Positions 1 to 7,887 of a stretch of 43,225 bases of DNA are shown piece by piece (position 1 is the stretch's first letter; every line of letters starts with the position of its first letter). The notes beneath the pieces are model-generated. The model saw only the letters and a list, made by a program, of their open reading frames with translations, did not search any database and was not told where the DNA came from. This DNA comes from Candidatus Undinarchaeales archaeon (GTDB taxonomy: Archaea; SpSt-1190; JASMDC01): NCBI GenBank assembly GCA_030753015.1, contig JASMDC010000030.1, forward strand, positions 1 to 43,225, written 5' to 3'. The position numbers and the translations under genes are program-made.

Positions 1-266
1 ATGAGCTGCACCAGGGTCGCTATGATGAGGATGTACGAAACGATCTGCAGGAACAACAGTCCGTTCGGCTCCAGCACGTAGTTGTACACAAGCCATGTGG
101 CGAGGTTGGCCAGCGTCATCACGAAAGTAACGGCCGCGCCCATGCCAGCGGCTGACTCGGTCTTCTTGGAGACGCCCAAGAACGGGCAGATGCCCAGGAA
201 CCTGTAGAGCACGAAGTTATTGACCACGGCGGCACCGAAGAACAGGATGAACAGATCGCGGATCAT
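1..266 (-). CDS. rnfA: Rnf complex subunit A (partial, runs off the window start)
   Basis: Manual translation from ATG 266: MIRDLFILFFGAAVVNNFVLYRFLGICPFLGVSKK...GMGAAVTFVM, the RnfA/NqrE signature. ATGA overlap with the rnfE stop. Not in the ORF track because it is truncated. Confidence 0.93.
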   Translation of the reverse strand, partial: MIRDLFILFFGAAVVNNFVLYRFLGICPFLGVSKKTESAAGMGAAVTFVMTLANLATWLVYNYVLEPNGLLFLQIVSYILIIATLVQL

Positions 267-904
267 TCGCATTCACCTCCACACTCGACACACGCCAGTT
301 TCGCTTGTCGCTGGTCGTACCAGTTCATGAACCCGATGAGGAATCCCAGTGTGAGGAACGCCCCCGGCGGGAGCACCATGACGAGCATGGGCTTGAAGCC
401 CGCCCAGAACACAGCGTAGCCGAAGATCGTGCCGAAGCCCAGGGCCTCGCGGATGCTGGCGAGCACCAAGAGACCGAGGGTGAATCCCAGCCCCGAGCCT
501 AGCGCGTCCGCAAGCGACTGGACCACGCCGTTCTTGGAGGCGAAGGCCTCGATACGGCCAAGGATAATGCAATTGACCACGATGAGGGGCACGAAGATCC
601 CCAGGATCTTGTGGATCTCCGGGATGAAGGCCGCTAGCATGTAGTCTGCGATGGTGACGAACGTCGCGACCACCACGATGAAGATCGGGATGCGCACCTT
701 GGCGGGGATGAACCGCCTGAACAGCGAGATGAGCATGGCTGAGCACACCAGCACGAAGAGAGTAGCACCTCCCATGACCAGGCCGTTGACCGCTGTGTTG
801 GTGACGGCCAGTGTCGGGCACATCCCAAGCAATAGCCGGAGCACGGGGTTCTGCACCCAGCAGCCCCGGATGAAAGTCCCGAATAGCGAATCATCGTCTG
901 CCAT
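263..904 (-). CDS. rnfE: Rnf complex subunit E
   Basis: QNPVLRLLLGMCPTLAVT, IPAKVRIP, IFVPLIVVNCIILGRIEAFASKN and LPPGAF motifs; position in the rnf operon. Confidence 0.95.
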   Translation of the reverse strand: MADDDSLFGTFIRGCWVQNPVLRLLLGMCPTLAVTNTAVNGLVMGGATLFVLVCSAMLISLFRRFIPAKVRIPIFIVVVATFVTIADYMLAAFIPEIHKILGIFVPLIVVNCIILGRIEAFASKNGVVQSLADALGSGLGFTLGLLVLASIREALGFGTIFGYAVFWAGFKPMLVMVLPPGAFLTLGFLIGFMNWYDQRQAKLACVECGGECE

Positions 905-1461
905 TACATTCCACCTCCCTGTGTATGGAGGGTGTTCACCGATTCGATCACCATCTGGACCACCTTGCTCGACGATATGGTGGCGCCGGTGATCGTGTCG
1001 AACTGATTGGTCCTTAGCGGTGCTTCCTTTCCGGCGAACTGACCCTTGAAGAAATCCTCATTGATGCGCTCGCCCAGACCGGGGGTCTCGAGGTGCTCGA
1101 GCACCTTGATACCGGTGACGGTGGCCTTCCCATCCTTCACCTCGACGCCTACGAGCAGCTTCATGGAGCCACCGAATCCGATGCCCTCGACCTTCAGGGC
1201 GTACCCGGCCACCGCATCGCCGATGTACCCGGCGTACACGGAACGGACACCCTCCTTCTCTGTCGAGATGAGCGGGTGGTCCGCGAGCTCATCGAAGCGC
1301 TCCCCTGAGGGGAACACCTCCTTCTGAGCTATCTCAAGGGCCATGCGTTGGTTCTCATCGATGTACGGTTTGGTCGTGTCGTACACCATTGCCAGCGACA
1401 GGCCCGAGAGCAGGCACACGACCACCAGCGCTGCTGTCAGCTGCACGGTCTCGCTCACCAT
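904..1461 (-). CDS. rnfG: Rnf complex subunit G (covalent FMN-binding)
   Basis: N-terminal TM helix, GFGG, ETPGLG and the flavinylation motif DTITGATISS. Confidence 0.93.
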   Translation of the reverse strand: MVSETVQLTAALVVVCLLSGLSLAMVYDTTKPYIDENQRMALEIAQKEVFPSGERFDELADHPLISTEKEGVRSVYAGYIGDAVAGYALKVEGIGFGGSMKLLVGVEVKDGKATVTGIKVLEHLETPGLGERINEDFFKGQFAGKEAPLRTNQFDTITGATISSSKVVQMVIESVNTLHTQGGGM

Positions 1462-2507
1462 CAGTCACCCGCCTCCTTGGGCACAGCCCCGAATGGCTCG
1501 GGAGCCGTGAGACGATCGATGAGCGGCGTGAAGCCGTTCATGATGAGGATCGAGTACATCACGCCCTCTGGGAGCCCGCCGAACTGACGGATCACCGCTG
1601 TGAGGAGGCCGCAACCCACACCGAACACGATGCGGCCGCGCTTGGTGATGGGGCTGGAAACGTAATCTGTGGCCATGAAGAACGCACCGAGGATGAGGCC
1701 ACCGGTAAGAACATGGAACTCGGTGAACATGAGGTCCTGGGTGAGTACGAGCATGAGGACGAACACCGAGCCGACGTAAGTGAACGGTATGCGCCAGTCG
1801 ATGATCCCTTTGTAGAATAGGTAGGCGGCGCCGAGCAAGAGGGCCGCGGCCGAGGTCTCGCCGAGCATCCCGCCGATGTTGCCCCAGAACATGTCGAGCA
1901 GGCTCGGGAAGGCGGTCCCGGTGAGGGGCGTTGCTCCGGTTGTCGCATCCACTGCGGGTATCTTGGTGTAAACCTTCAACAGCGCCAAGGGCGTCGCCCG
2001 GGTCACGGCATCGGCAGCACCGAGAGGCATCCGGGCCGCCATGAGCACGGGCCAGGAGGCCATGAGGAATGCCCGGCCGGTGAGTGCGGGATTGAAGATG
2101 TTATAGCCCAGCCCGCCAAACGCGTACTTCGCGACGACGATGGCGAATGCACCTCCGATCGCGGCCATCCACAACGGGACGCCAGCAGAGAGGGTGAGTG
2201 CCAGCAGGAGGCCCGTGAGGACTGCCGAGCCGTCGTTCACGGTGACCGGTTTGCCGAACCATGTCTGGAGCGCGGCCTCGGTCGCCACACAGGCAACGAT
2301 GCAGGTGAGGATGACTAGGAGAGCGTCGGCGCCGAAGAAGTACACGCCGGCCGCGGCCGCCGGTATGAGCGCAAGCACTACGTCCCACATGATGGACCGA
2401 ACGGTCTCGGGATTGCGCACGTGGGGGCTCGTGGACAGGATGTACGGCTCGTCCTCTTCCTTCTTCTCGGCCTTTACGGGCTTGGTCTTCTCGTCTGCCA
2501 TCTTCAT
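1461..2507 (-). CDS. rnfD: Rnf complex subunit D
   Basis: SPH, FGGLGYNIFNPAL, DATTGATPL (FMN site), GETS, FFMATDYVSSP. True start is ATG 2507 (ATGA overlap with rnfC) or 2501; the track's 2882 start overlaps rnfC. Confidence 0.94.
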   Translation of the reverse strand: MKMADEKTKPVKAEKKEEDEPYILSTSPHVRNPETVRSIMWDVVLALIPAAAAGVYFFGADALLVILTCIVACVATEAALQTWFGKPVTVNDGSAVLTGLLLALTLSAGVPLWMAAIGGAFAIVVAKYAFGGLGYNIFNPALTGRAFLMASWPVLMAARMPLGAADAVTRATPLALLKVYTKIPAVDATTGATPLTGTAFPSLLDMFWGNIGGMLGETSAAALLLGAAYLFYKGIIDWRIPFTYVGSVFVLMLVLTQDLMFTEFHVLTGGLILGAFFMATDYVSSPITKRGRIVFGVGCGLLTAVIRQFGGLPEGVMYSILIMNGFTPLIDRLTAPEPFGAVPKEAGD

Positions 2508-3823
2508 CCCCCCTTGCATGTCTTGTTGAACATGTTCTTCGCGTGCTTGATCCAATGGACCAGAGGAATGCGCGAGGGGCACGAGTAAGCGCAGGAGCCG
2601 CACTCGAAGCAGTCCATGACATGCGCGTTCGCGGCCTCCTGGAAACGGTCCTTGCGCGCCAGCCGGCCGAGGATGCTCGGCATGAGGTCCATGGGGCACA
2701 CGTCGACGCACTTGGCGCATTTGATGCAGGGTCGCTCGGGCGCATCGTCGATGTCGGTCTCGATCTGTACGAGCACGCCAGAGGAACCCTTGATGATGGG
2801 TATTTCGGAGGTGGTCTGGGCCATGCCCATCATGGGACCGCCGCCGATGAGCTTCCTGATCGGGCCCCTGGCGCCACCGCACAGCTCAAGGAGCTCTGCT
2901 GCCGAGGTGCCGATACGGACCACTAGGTTCTTGGGCTCCTTGACGGCACCGGTCACGGTGACCGCCCGCTCCACCAGGGGTTTACCCTCGTAGACCGCCT
3001 CGTGGATCGCCTTGCAGGTACCCACGTTGGACACGACACACCCCACGTCCATGGGAAGGCCGCCGGTCGGTACCTTCCGGCCGCTGGCGGCATAGATGAG
3101 CATCTTTTCGGCACCCTGGGGATACTTGACGTCCAGGGGCACAAGCTCGAACCCTGAGAAGGTAGACTGCTCAAGGAGCTTGGTGAACGCTTTGAGCGCG
3201 TCAGGCTTGTTCTTCTCGATACACACGTAGGCCTTGTCGGCATCCACGGAGCGCTTGACCAGCTCAAACCCCGAGAGGACCTTCTCCGCCATCTCGAGCA
3301 TGAGGCAGTGGTCGCAGGTGAGGAACGGCTCGCACTCGGCGCCGTTCAGGATCACCACGTCGATTGGCTTGTCCTTGGGCGGGGACAGCTTCACGTGCGT
3401 GGGGAAGGCGGCCCCCCCCAGGCCGACGATACCGGCTTTCTGGATGATGGACCTGAGCTCCTCGACGGTGAGCTTCTCGACATCCTCCTTGGAGCAACCC
3501 GAAAGTTCAACCCACGAGTCCTCCCCATCGCTCTCGATGACGATGGCCGGGCTCCGTCCCTTGGAGGGGTGAGGGCGGGTGGCGATCTCCTTCACCGTGC
3601 CGCTGATCGTGGCGTGGATGGGGACGCTGACGAACCCTCCGGCCTCGGCTATCACCTGACCCACCTTGACCGTGTCCCCCTTGGCGACGACGGCCTTCGC
3701 CGGCGCACCGATGTGCTGGGAAAGAGGGAGCACCACCTGTGCGGGCAAGGGCGCCGTTTCGGCGGGCTTGGACGCAGATAGTTTGTTGTACTGAGGGTGG
3801 ATACCGCCGATGAAGGTGGCCAT
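2504..3823 (-). CDS. rnfC: Rnf complex subunit C
   Basis: QHIGAP, GIVGLGGAAFPTHVKL, NGAECEPFLTCD, YPQGAEK, GGPMMG and two 4Fe-4S motifs (CIKCAKCVDVCP, CFECGSCAYSCP). Confidence 0.96.
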   Translation of the reverse strand: MATFIGGIHPQYNKLSASKPAETAPLPAQVVLPLSQHIGAPAKAVVAKGDTVKVGQVIAEAGGFVSVPIHATISGTVKEIATRPHPSKGRSPAIVIESDGEDSWVELSGCSKEDVEKLTVEELRSIIQKAGIVGLGGAAFPTHVKLSPPKDKPIDVVILNGAECEPFLTCDHCLMLEMAEKVLSGFELVKRSVDADKAYVCIEKNKPDALKAFTKLLEQSTFSGFELVPLDVKYPQGAEKMLIYAASGRKVPTGGLPMDVGCVVSNVGTCKAIHEAVYEGKPLVERAVTVTGAVKEPKNLVVRIGTSAAELLELCGGARGPIRKLIGGGPMMGMAQTTSEIPIIKGSSGVLVQIETDIDDAPERPCIKCAKCVDVCPMDLMPSILGRLARKDRFQEAANAHVMDCFECGSCAYSCPSRIPLVHWIKHAKNMFNKTCKGG

Positions 3824-3845
3824 TGGCTGACACTCGGAATGTAGA

Positions 3846-3858
3846 GATTATAAATGTT
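3846..3858. promoter_or_regulatory. Archaeal TATA box in the divergent rnfC/apbE intergenic region
   Basis: TTATAAAT (minus strand ATTTATAA) about 25 nt upstream of the rnfC ATG; AT island in GC-rich DNA. Confidence 0.65.
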
Positions 3859-3910
3859 ATGCCCTCCCCTCGGACGCCCCGTTAAAGCGGAGCAGAGCGA
3901 GGTCCGGACA

Positions 3911-4897
3911 ATGGACGACAGACGGATCCCAGTTGCCATCACGCTCGTTCTCATGCTGCTCCTCGCCGGATGCCAGCAGCCCCCTGGTGAGGTCGTGCGG
4001 AACGAGTCCCTCATGGGGACACTGGTGACCATCAAGGTGGTCCACGCCGATGAGCAGGCGGCCAATGCCTCCATCGACCGGGCCTTCGCAGAGATGCGGC
4101 GGATCGAAGCGCTGCTCACTAACACGGTCCCCGAGAGCGAGGTGTCCCGCCTCAACGTTCAAGGGGAAATGAAGCCCGCCAGCCCCGAGCTCATTCAGGT
4201 GTTGCAGCTCGCCGTCGAGCACGGTGAGCTCTCGGGTGGTGCTTTCGACGTGACCGTCCAGCCGCTCCTCGACCTCTACACTCATAGCTTCCGGGACCTC
4301 AAGCGCCCTCCCACCGAGGAGGAGATCAACACCACCCTCGAGCAGGTGGACTACCGACGCATCGAGCTTCACGACGGATGGACCGCCCTTCCGGCCAACA
4401 TGTCGATAACCCTGGGCGGCATCGCCAAGGGCTACATCATCGACGTCGCCTTCCGCGTGCTCCGTGCCGACGGTATCGAGAACGTCCTTATCAACGCTGG
4501 CGGTGACATCCGTGCCTTTGGCCGCAACGTCAAGGGTAATCCTTGGACGCTCGCCCTCCAGAACCCCCGCGAGGCCACCGAGTACATCACGCGCGTCCGT
4601 GCCGCCGACGCAGGAGTGGCAACGAGCGGCGACTACGAGCGGTACTACGACCCTGAGAAGAAGTTCCACCACATCGTGGATCCCACTACCGGATACTCCG
4701 CCCTCGGCCTCATCTCCGTGACCGTCATTGCTGACGAGACGGTGCGCGCTGATGCTCTTGCCACCTCTGTGTTCGTGATGGGCAAGGAGAAGGGGCTCGC
4801 TCTGGTCGAGTCGCTCGAGGGTGTCGAGGCGCTGGTCATCACCGAGGAGCGCGAGGTCTTCCGGTCGAGCGGGTTCGCCGCCCTTGAGCTACCGTGA
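3911..4897 (+). CDS. apbE: FAD:protein FMN transferase (ApbE family lipoprotein)
   Basis: Lipobox LLLAGC, MGT, GAFDVTV, LGGIAKGY, NAGGD, ATSGDYERY, HHIVDPTTG, ADALAT. Likely start ATG 3911. Fits flavinylation of RnfG/RnfD. Confidence 0.93.
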   Translation: MDDRRIPVAITLVLMLLLAGCQQPPGEVVRNESLMGTLVTIKVVHADEQAANASIDRAFAEMRRIEALLTNTVPESEVSRLNVQGEMKPASPELIQVLQLAVEHGELSGGAFDVTVQPLLDLYTHSFRDLKRPPTEEEINTTLEQVDYRRIELHDGWTALPANMSITLGGIAKGYIIDVAFRVLRADGIENVLINAGGDIRAFGRNVKGNPWTLALQNPREATEYITRVRAADAGVATSGDYERYYDPEKKFHHIVDPTTGYSALGLISVTVIADETVRADALATSVFVMGKEKGLALVESLEGVEALVITEEREVFRSSGFAALELP

Positions 4898-4901
4898 GCG
4901 G

Positions 4902-5333
4902 TCACCAGTTGTACTTGAAGTAGTTGATGTCCACGTGCAGCTCGCGGTCCTTCGCGTCCAGGTGGAGGCCCGGTGTCTCATGTCCCCAGGGACCGGGCCA
5001 GGACGATGTGCTCGTCTCCACAAGTCCCCGTGACGACAGCTCGTCTGCGACCTTCTCGGCCGCCCGGTAGATGTCCAGAAAGTGGTACTTCTCGCCGTGG
5101 ATATACGGCCCGAAGTCGAGCACGCTCTCTTTGACCTTTTCCTCGAGGTCCACGAGGGTGTCGTAGAGCTCGATCTCGCTCCTGTCATTAAGGTCCGCTG
5201 TCAGGTCCGTGTCGATGGGCAGACGCACGTAGTCATGGGCTAGAGGATTCATCCGTGTCCGGAACAGCTCGTCCCAGGAGTCGCCGTCGCCGGTGGGGGC
5301 ACCATCTACTACATCAGCGTACATGAGTGACAT
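4902..5333 (-). CDS. Hypothetical protein, tandem paralogue 3 of 3
   Basis: Shares ELYD.L..L.EKV..SV / EL.SR.LVE / DAKDR.L.V.I.YF with the two adjacent ORFs. Confidence 0.8.
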   Translation of the reverse strand: MSLMYADVVDGAPTGDGDSWDELFRTRMNPLAHDYVRLPIDTDLTADLNDRSEIELYDTLVDLEEKVKESVLDFGPYIHGEKYHFLDIYRAAEKVADELSSRGLVETSTSSWPGPWGHETPGLHLDAKDRELHVDINYFKYNW

Positions 5334-5379
5334 CCCTGGGTTAAGGCTTGCTCAAATACCCTTCCTTGGGAACAACGGC

Positions 5380-5721
5380 TCACCCCAGCGAGTGTACCTC
5401 GAACCAGTCGACGACCACATGAAGATCACGGTCATGCGCGTCAACGGTGTACCCGGGGATAGGGACGCCGTACGGTCCCTTTCGCGGTGTGGTCTCCACC
5501 TCAACCAGGTCCCGAGACTCGAGCTCACCGATCACGCTAACGGCCGCCTCGTAGACCTCCTGGTAGCGGTACACCGGACCATCGCACTGCGGCTGGCACC
5601 ACATCACGCTGCGTTCCACCTTCTCCGCAAGGCCGATGAGGGCGTCGTAGAGCTGGATATCCGACATATCGCTCGGACTCTCAAGGTAGGAACCCTCGAG
5701 CGGCATGATCTCCTGGACCAT
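5380..5721 (-). CDS. Hypothetical protein, tandem paralogue 2 of 3
   Basis: Start ATG 5721 (MVQEIM) preceded by GGAGGG; same motif set as its neighbours. Confidence 0.8.
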   Translation of the reverse strand: MVQEIMPLEGSYLESPSDMSDIQLYDALIGLAEKVERSVMWCQPQCDGPVYRYQEVYEAAVSVIGELESRDLVEVETTPRKGPYGVPIPGYTVDAHDRDLHVVVDWFEVHSLG

Positions 5722-5746
5722 CGGCGAACCCTCCTTCTGTGACCTT

Positions 5747-6082
5747 CTACGTTCGGTCGGCGAAGTAGTCGATGTCCACGGCAAGGTCTCGGTCCTTCGC
5801 TTCCACGTGGAGTGCGAAGGTGGTCGAGCCGTACGGTCCGGGGCGCGGGGTACGCTCTACGTCCACCAGTTCTCTGGTCTCCAGCTCTCCGACCAGCTTG
5901 TTGGTCGCGCCGTAGACCTCCTGGAAGTGGTAGACAGAGCCACCGGCCCGGGGATTGAGCAGCATCACGCTCTGCTCCATTATGTCGGGAAGCTCGTTCA
6001 GCATATCGAAGAGCTCGACGTCACTGTAGGAGGTAAGGTCTCCCGTGTACGTGGCGTCGAGGTGGAGGACCTCTTGGTACAT
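5747..6082 (-). CDS. Hypothetical protein, tandem paralogue 1 of 3
   Basis: Start ATG 6082 (MYQEVL), about 26 nt downstream of a minus-strand TTTATTAA box; same motif set. Confidence 0.8.
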   Translation of the reverse strand: MYQEVLHLDATYTGDLTSYSDVELFDMLNELPDIMEQSVMLLNPRAGGSVYHFQEVYGATNKLVGELETRELVDVERTPRPGPYGSTTFALHVEAKDRDLAVDIDYFADRT

Positions 6083-6105
6083 GGATATCCCGCGGCCCCC
6101 AGGTC

Positions 6106-6120
6106 GGTTAATAAACGTTC
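6106..6120 (-). promoter_or_regulatory. Archaeal BRE/TATA promoter of the paralogue triplet
   Basis: Minus strand AACGTTTATTAACC about 26 nt upstream of ATG 6082. Confidence 0.65.
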
Positions 6121-6155
6121 CCTTTGCCGATAAGTGTGATACTTCTGGACACGGA

Positions 6156-6539
6156 TCAATCCTTGATCCCGAGCACGTCCCGAAGATGGTCGTGCGCTTC
6201 ATTGGAACAGCACTTCTTCTCGAGCTCACAGGAGTACTCCTTCACGCCGAACATGGCCACCTCGTAGAGCACCTTGTTCAGCGACCGGCCCTTTTCCGTA
6301 AGGGTGTATTCGATGAGGACGGGATCGGTGCTCACGACCTTCTTTTCCACCAGCCCGTTCTTCACCAGTTCCTTCAGACGCTCCGAGAGCACTTTACCGC
6401 TGAGGCCCGGATTCGCCCCGAGGAAATCCTTGAACCTCTTCCTCCCATAGAAGAGGTCCCTTATTAGAACCAGGGTCCACTTCTTCCAGATGTAGTCCAG
6501 TGTCGTCTGGATGGGGCATGCTTTCTCCACGGAAATCAA
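6156..6539 (-). CDS. HxlR/DUF24-family winged-helix transcriptional regulator
   Basis: CPIQTTLDYIWKKWTLVLIRDL..G.KRF, LSERLKEL, EYTLTEKG; N-terminal redox-type Cys; TTG start. Confidence 0.9.
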   Translation of the reverse strand: MISVEKACPIQTTLDYIWKKWTLVLIRDLFYGRKRFKDFLGANPGLSGKVLSERLKELVKNGLVEKKVVSTDPVLIEYTLTEKGRSLNKVLYEVAMFGVKEYSCELEKKCCSNEAHDHLRDVLGIKD

Positions 6540-6540
6540 C

Positions 6541-6610
6541 TTACTAAATGGTTACAAAACCCTTTTATATTACTTTTGGTTATTTAATATGTAAATGAAA
6601 GTATATAAGC
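6541..6610. promoter_or_regulatory. AT-rich divergent promoter region with a repeated TTACT-n2/3-TGGTTA motif
   Basis: TTTTATAT at 6563-6570, about 25 nt from both flanking starts; motif copies at 6541-6554 and 6570-6582. Confidence 0.55.
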
Positions 6611-7197
6611 CTTACGCCATGGTGACCGTTCCCCAACGCGTTCTTACGCTCACGGCCACACCGTCAGTTGCATCTTCATCAAGGGGGGCCGATGTCGATA
6701 AGGATAATACGCCCTTTTATGAGTCCTTGAAAGGATGCAGTTCGATCGCGGAGATCTTCGAGCTCGTAAAGACAAGGGTCTCGTTGCACATCGGCAGGGA
6801 GCGGACTAACCTCATGGTCGGCCTCTCTGACCTTGGAACCGCTCCGGGTGGGTTCATCGGTGCATATTGTGCGATCGGGGGCAACATCATCGTCATCAAC
6901 AAGCGGATCCTCGTCAAGGTAAAGGCTGAACGCCCCGAGCTCTACAACGAATATCTGTTCTTCATCCTTCTTCATGAGTACATCCATGGACTCGGTTTCT
7001 CCAATGAAAGGGAGACCGAGGAGCTCACCTTGTCCATAGCCAAGACCCTGGGCAATGAGACCATCATCGAGCTTGCCACGGACATGAGCCGTTTCTTCCC
7101 GGACATCGTTTTCTCACCCGTAGGTATGAGGCCCGAGCAGCGGTACATCGAGTTCGAGCATGGAATAGACCAGAAGGATACCACCTATATCCGGTGA
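6595..7197 (+). CDS. Putative zinc metallopeptidase-like protein (HEXXH), start uncertain
   Basis: ILLHEYIHGLGF..ERETE zincin motif preceded by GFIGAY...IIVIN. Confidence 0.65.
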   Translation: MKVYKPYAMVTVPQRVLTLTATPSVASSSRGADVDKDNTPFYESLKGCSSIAEIFELVKTRVSLHIGRERTNLMVGLSDLGTAPGGFIGAYCAIGGNIIVINKRILVKVKAERPELYNEYLFFILLHEYIHGLGFSNERETEELTLSIAKTLGNETIIELATDMSRFFPDIVFSPVGMRPEQRYIEFEHGIDQKDTTYIR

Positions 7198-7272
7198 CCT
7201 TATCCCTATTCATTTTATGTAACTACTCCCCAGTAGTAAACTATATATACCTGAAGCACCTACAATATCCCG

Positions 7273-7878
7273 ATGGGACCGACATTCCTTGATGGCGTGT
7301 CTGACGGCTATGCTGCCGTCAAGGAGAAGGTCGCCGATAACTACCACAAGCATCCGGGCACCTACAAGGCAGTCGGCACCGTGGCCGCTGGTGTAGGCGC
7401 TTACCTCCTGGCACGGGAGGGCCTGGACGCTGTGGGATTTCAGGATTACGTGGCCAACAGCATGCCCTGGCTCGGCCAGTACGCTGACGCCGTCGCCAGC
7501 GGCACTGCCGGCGTACTCGCCGCCCTGGGAGCCAAGGCCCCGGTGGAGAAGACCATCAAATACTTCGAGGGCGAGCGGAAGCACGAGAAAGGCACGTACG
7601 CTGCGGACGCCAGTGAGAGCGGTGCCAAGGAGGCCGCGGACGCCGTTATCGAGGGGATGGACGGAACGGACATCGGCTGCGCTGCCCTGGGCATGCCCGT
7701 GGGCCTCACCGATATGAAGGAGCTTTACGACGGTGTGAAGTCGGACTACCAGCACAACCACAAGAAGGGTGCCTCATACAATGAGACCGATCCCGCCTTC
7801 GACGAGAAGATGTTCGGTGCCGACCAGGCGCCGTACCACGTGTTCAGAAAGGAGAAGAGCGGGAAGTCCGCCCCGTGA
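7273..7878 (+). CDS. Hypothetical protein with two Gly/Ala-rich hydrophobic segments
   Basis: Host-like codon usage; CTATATATAC box about 24 nt upstream of the ATG; AVGTVAAGVGAYLLA and AVASGTAGVLAALGA segments. Confidence 0.75.
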   Translation: MGPTFLDGVSDGYAAVKEKVADNYHKHPGTYKAVGTVAAGVGAYLLAREGLDAVGFQDYVANSMPWLGQYADAVASGTAGVLAALGAKAPVEKTIKYFEGERKHEKGTYAADASESGAKEAADAVIEGMDGTDIGCAALGMPVGLTDMKELYDGVKSDYQHNHKKGASYNETDPAFDEKMFGADQAPYHVFRKEKSGKSAP

Positions 7879-7887
7879 GCCCCGCTA

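Noticed and set aside
2508-2882. 125-aa N-terminal extension of RnfD in the ORF track
   Set aside because: Overlaps rnfC in another frame; the real start is the ATGA-coupled codon at 2507 or 2501.
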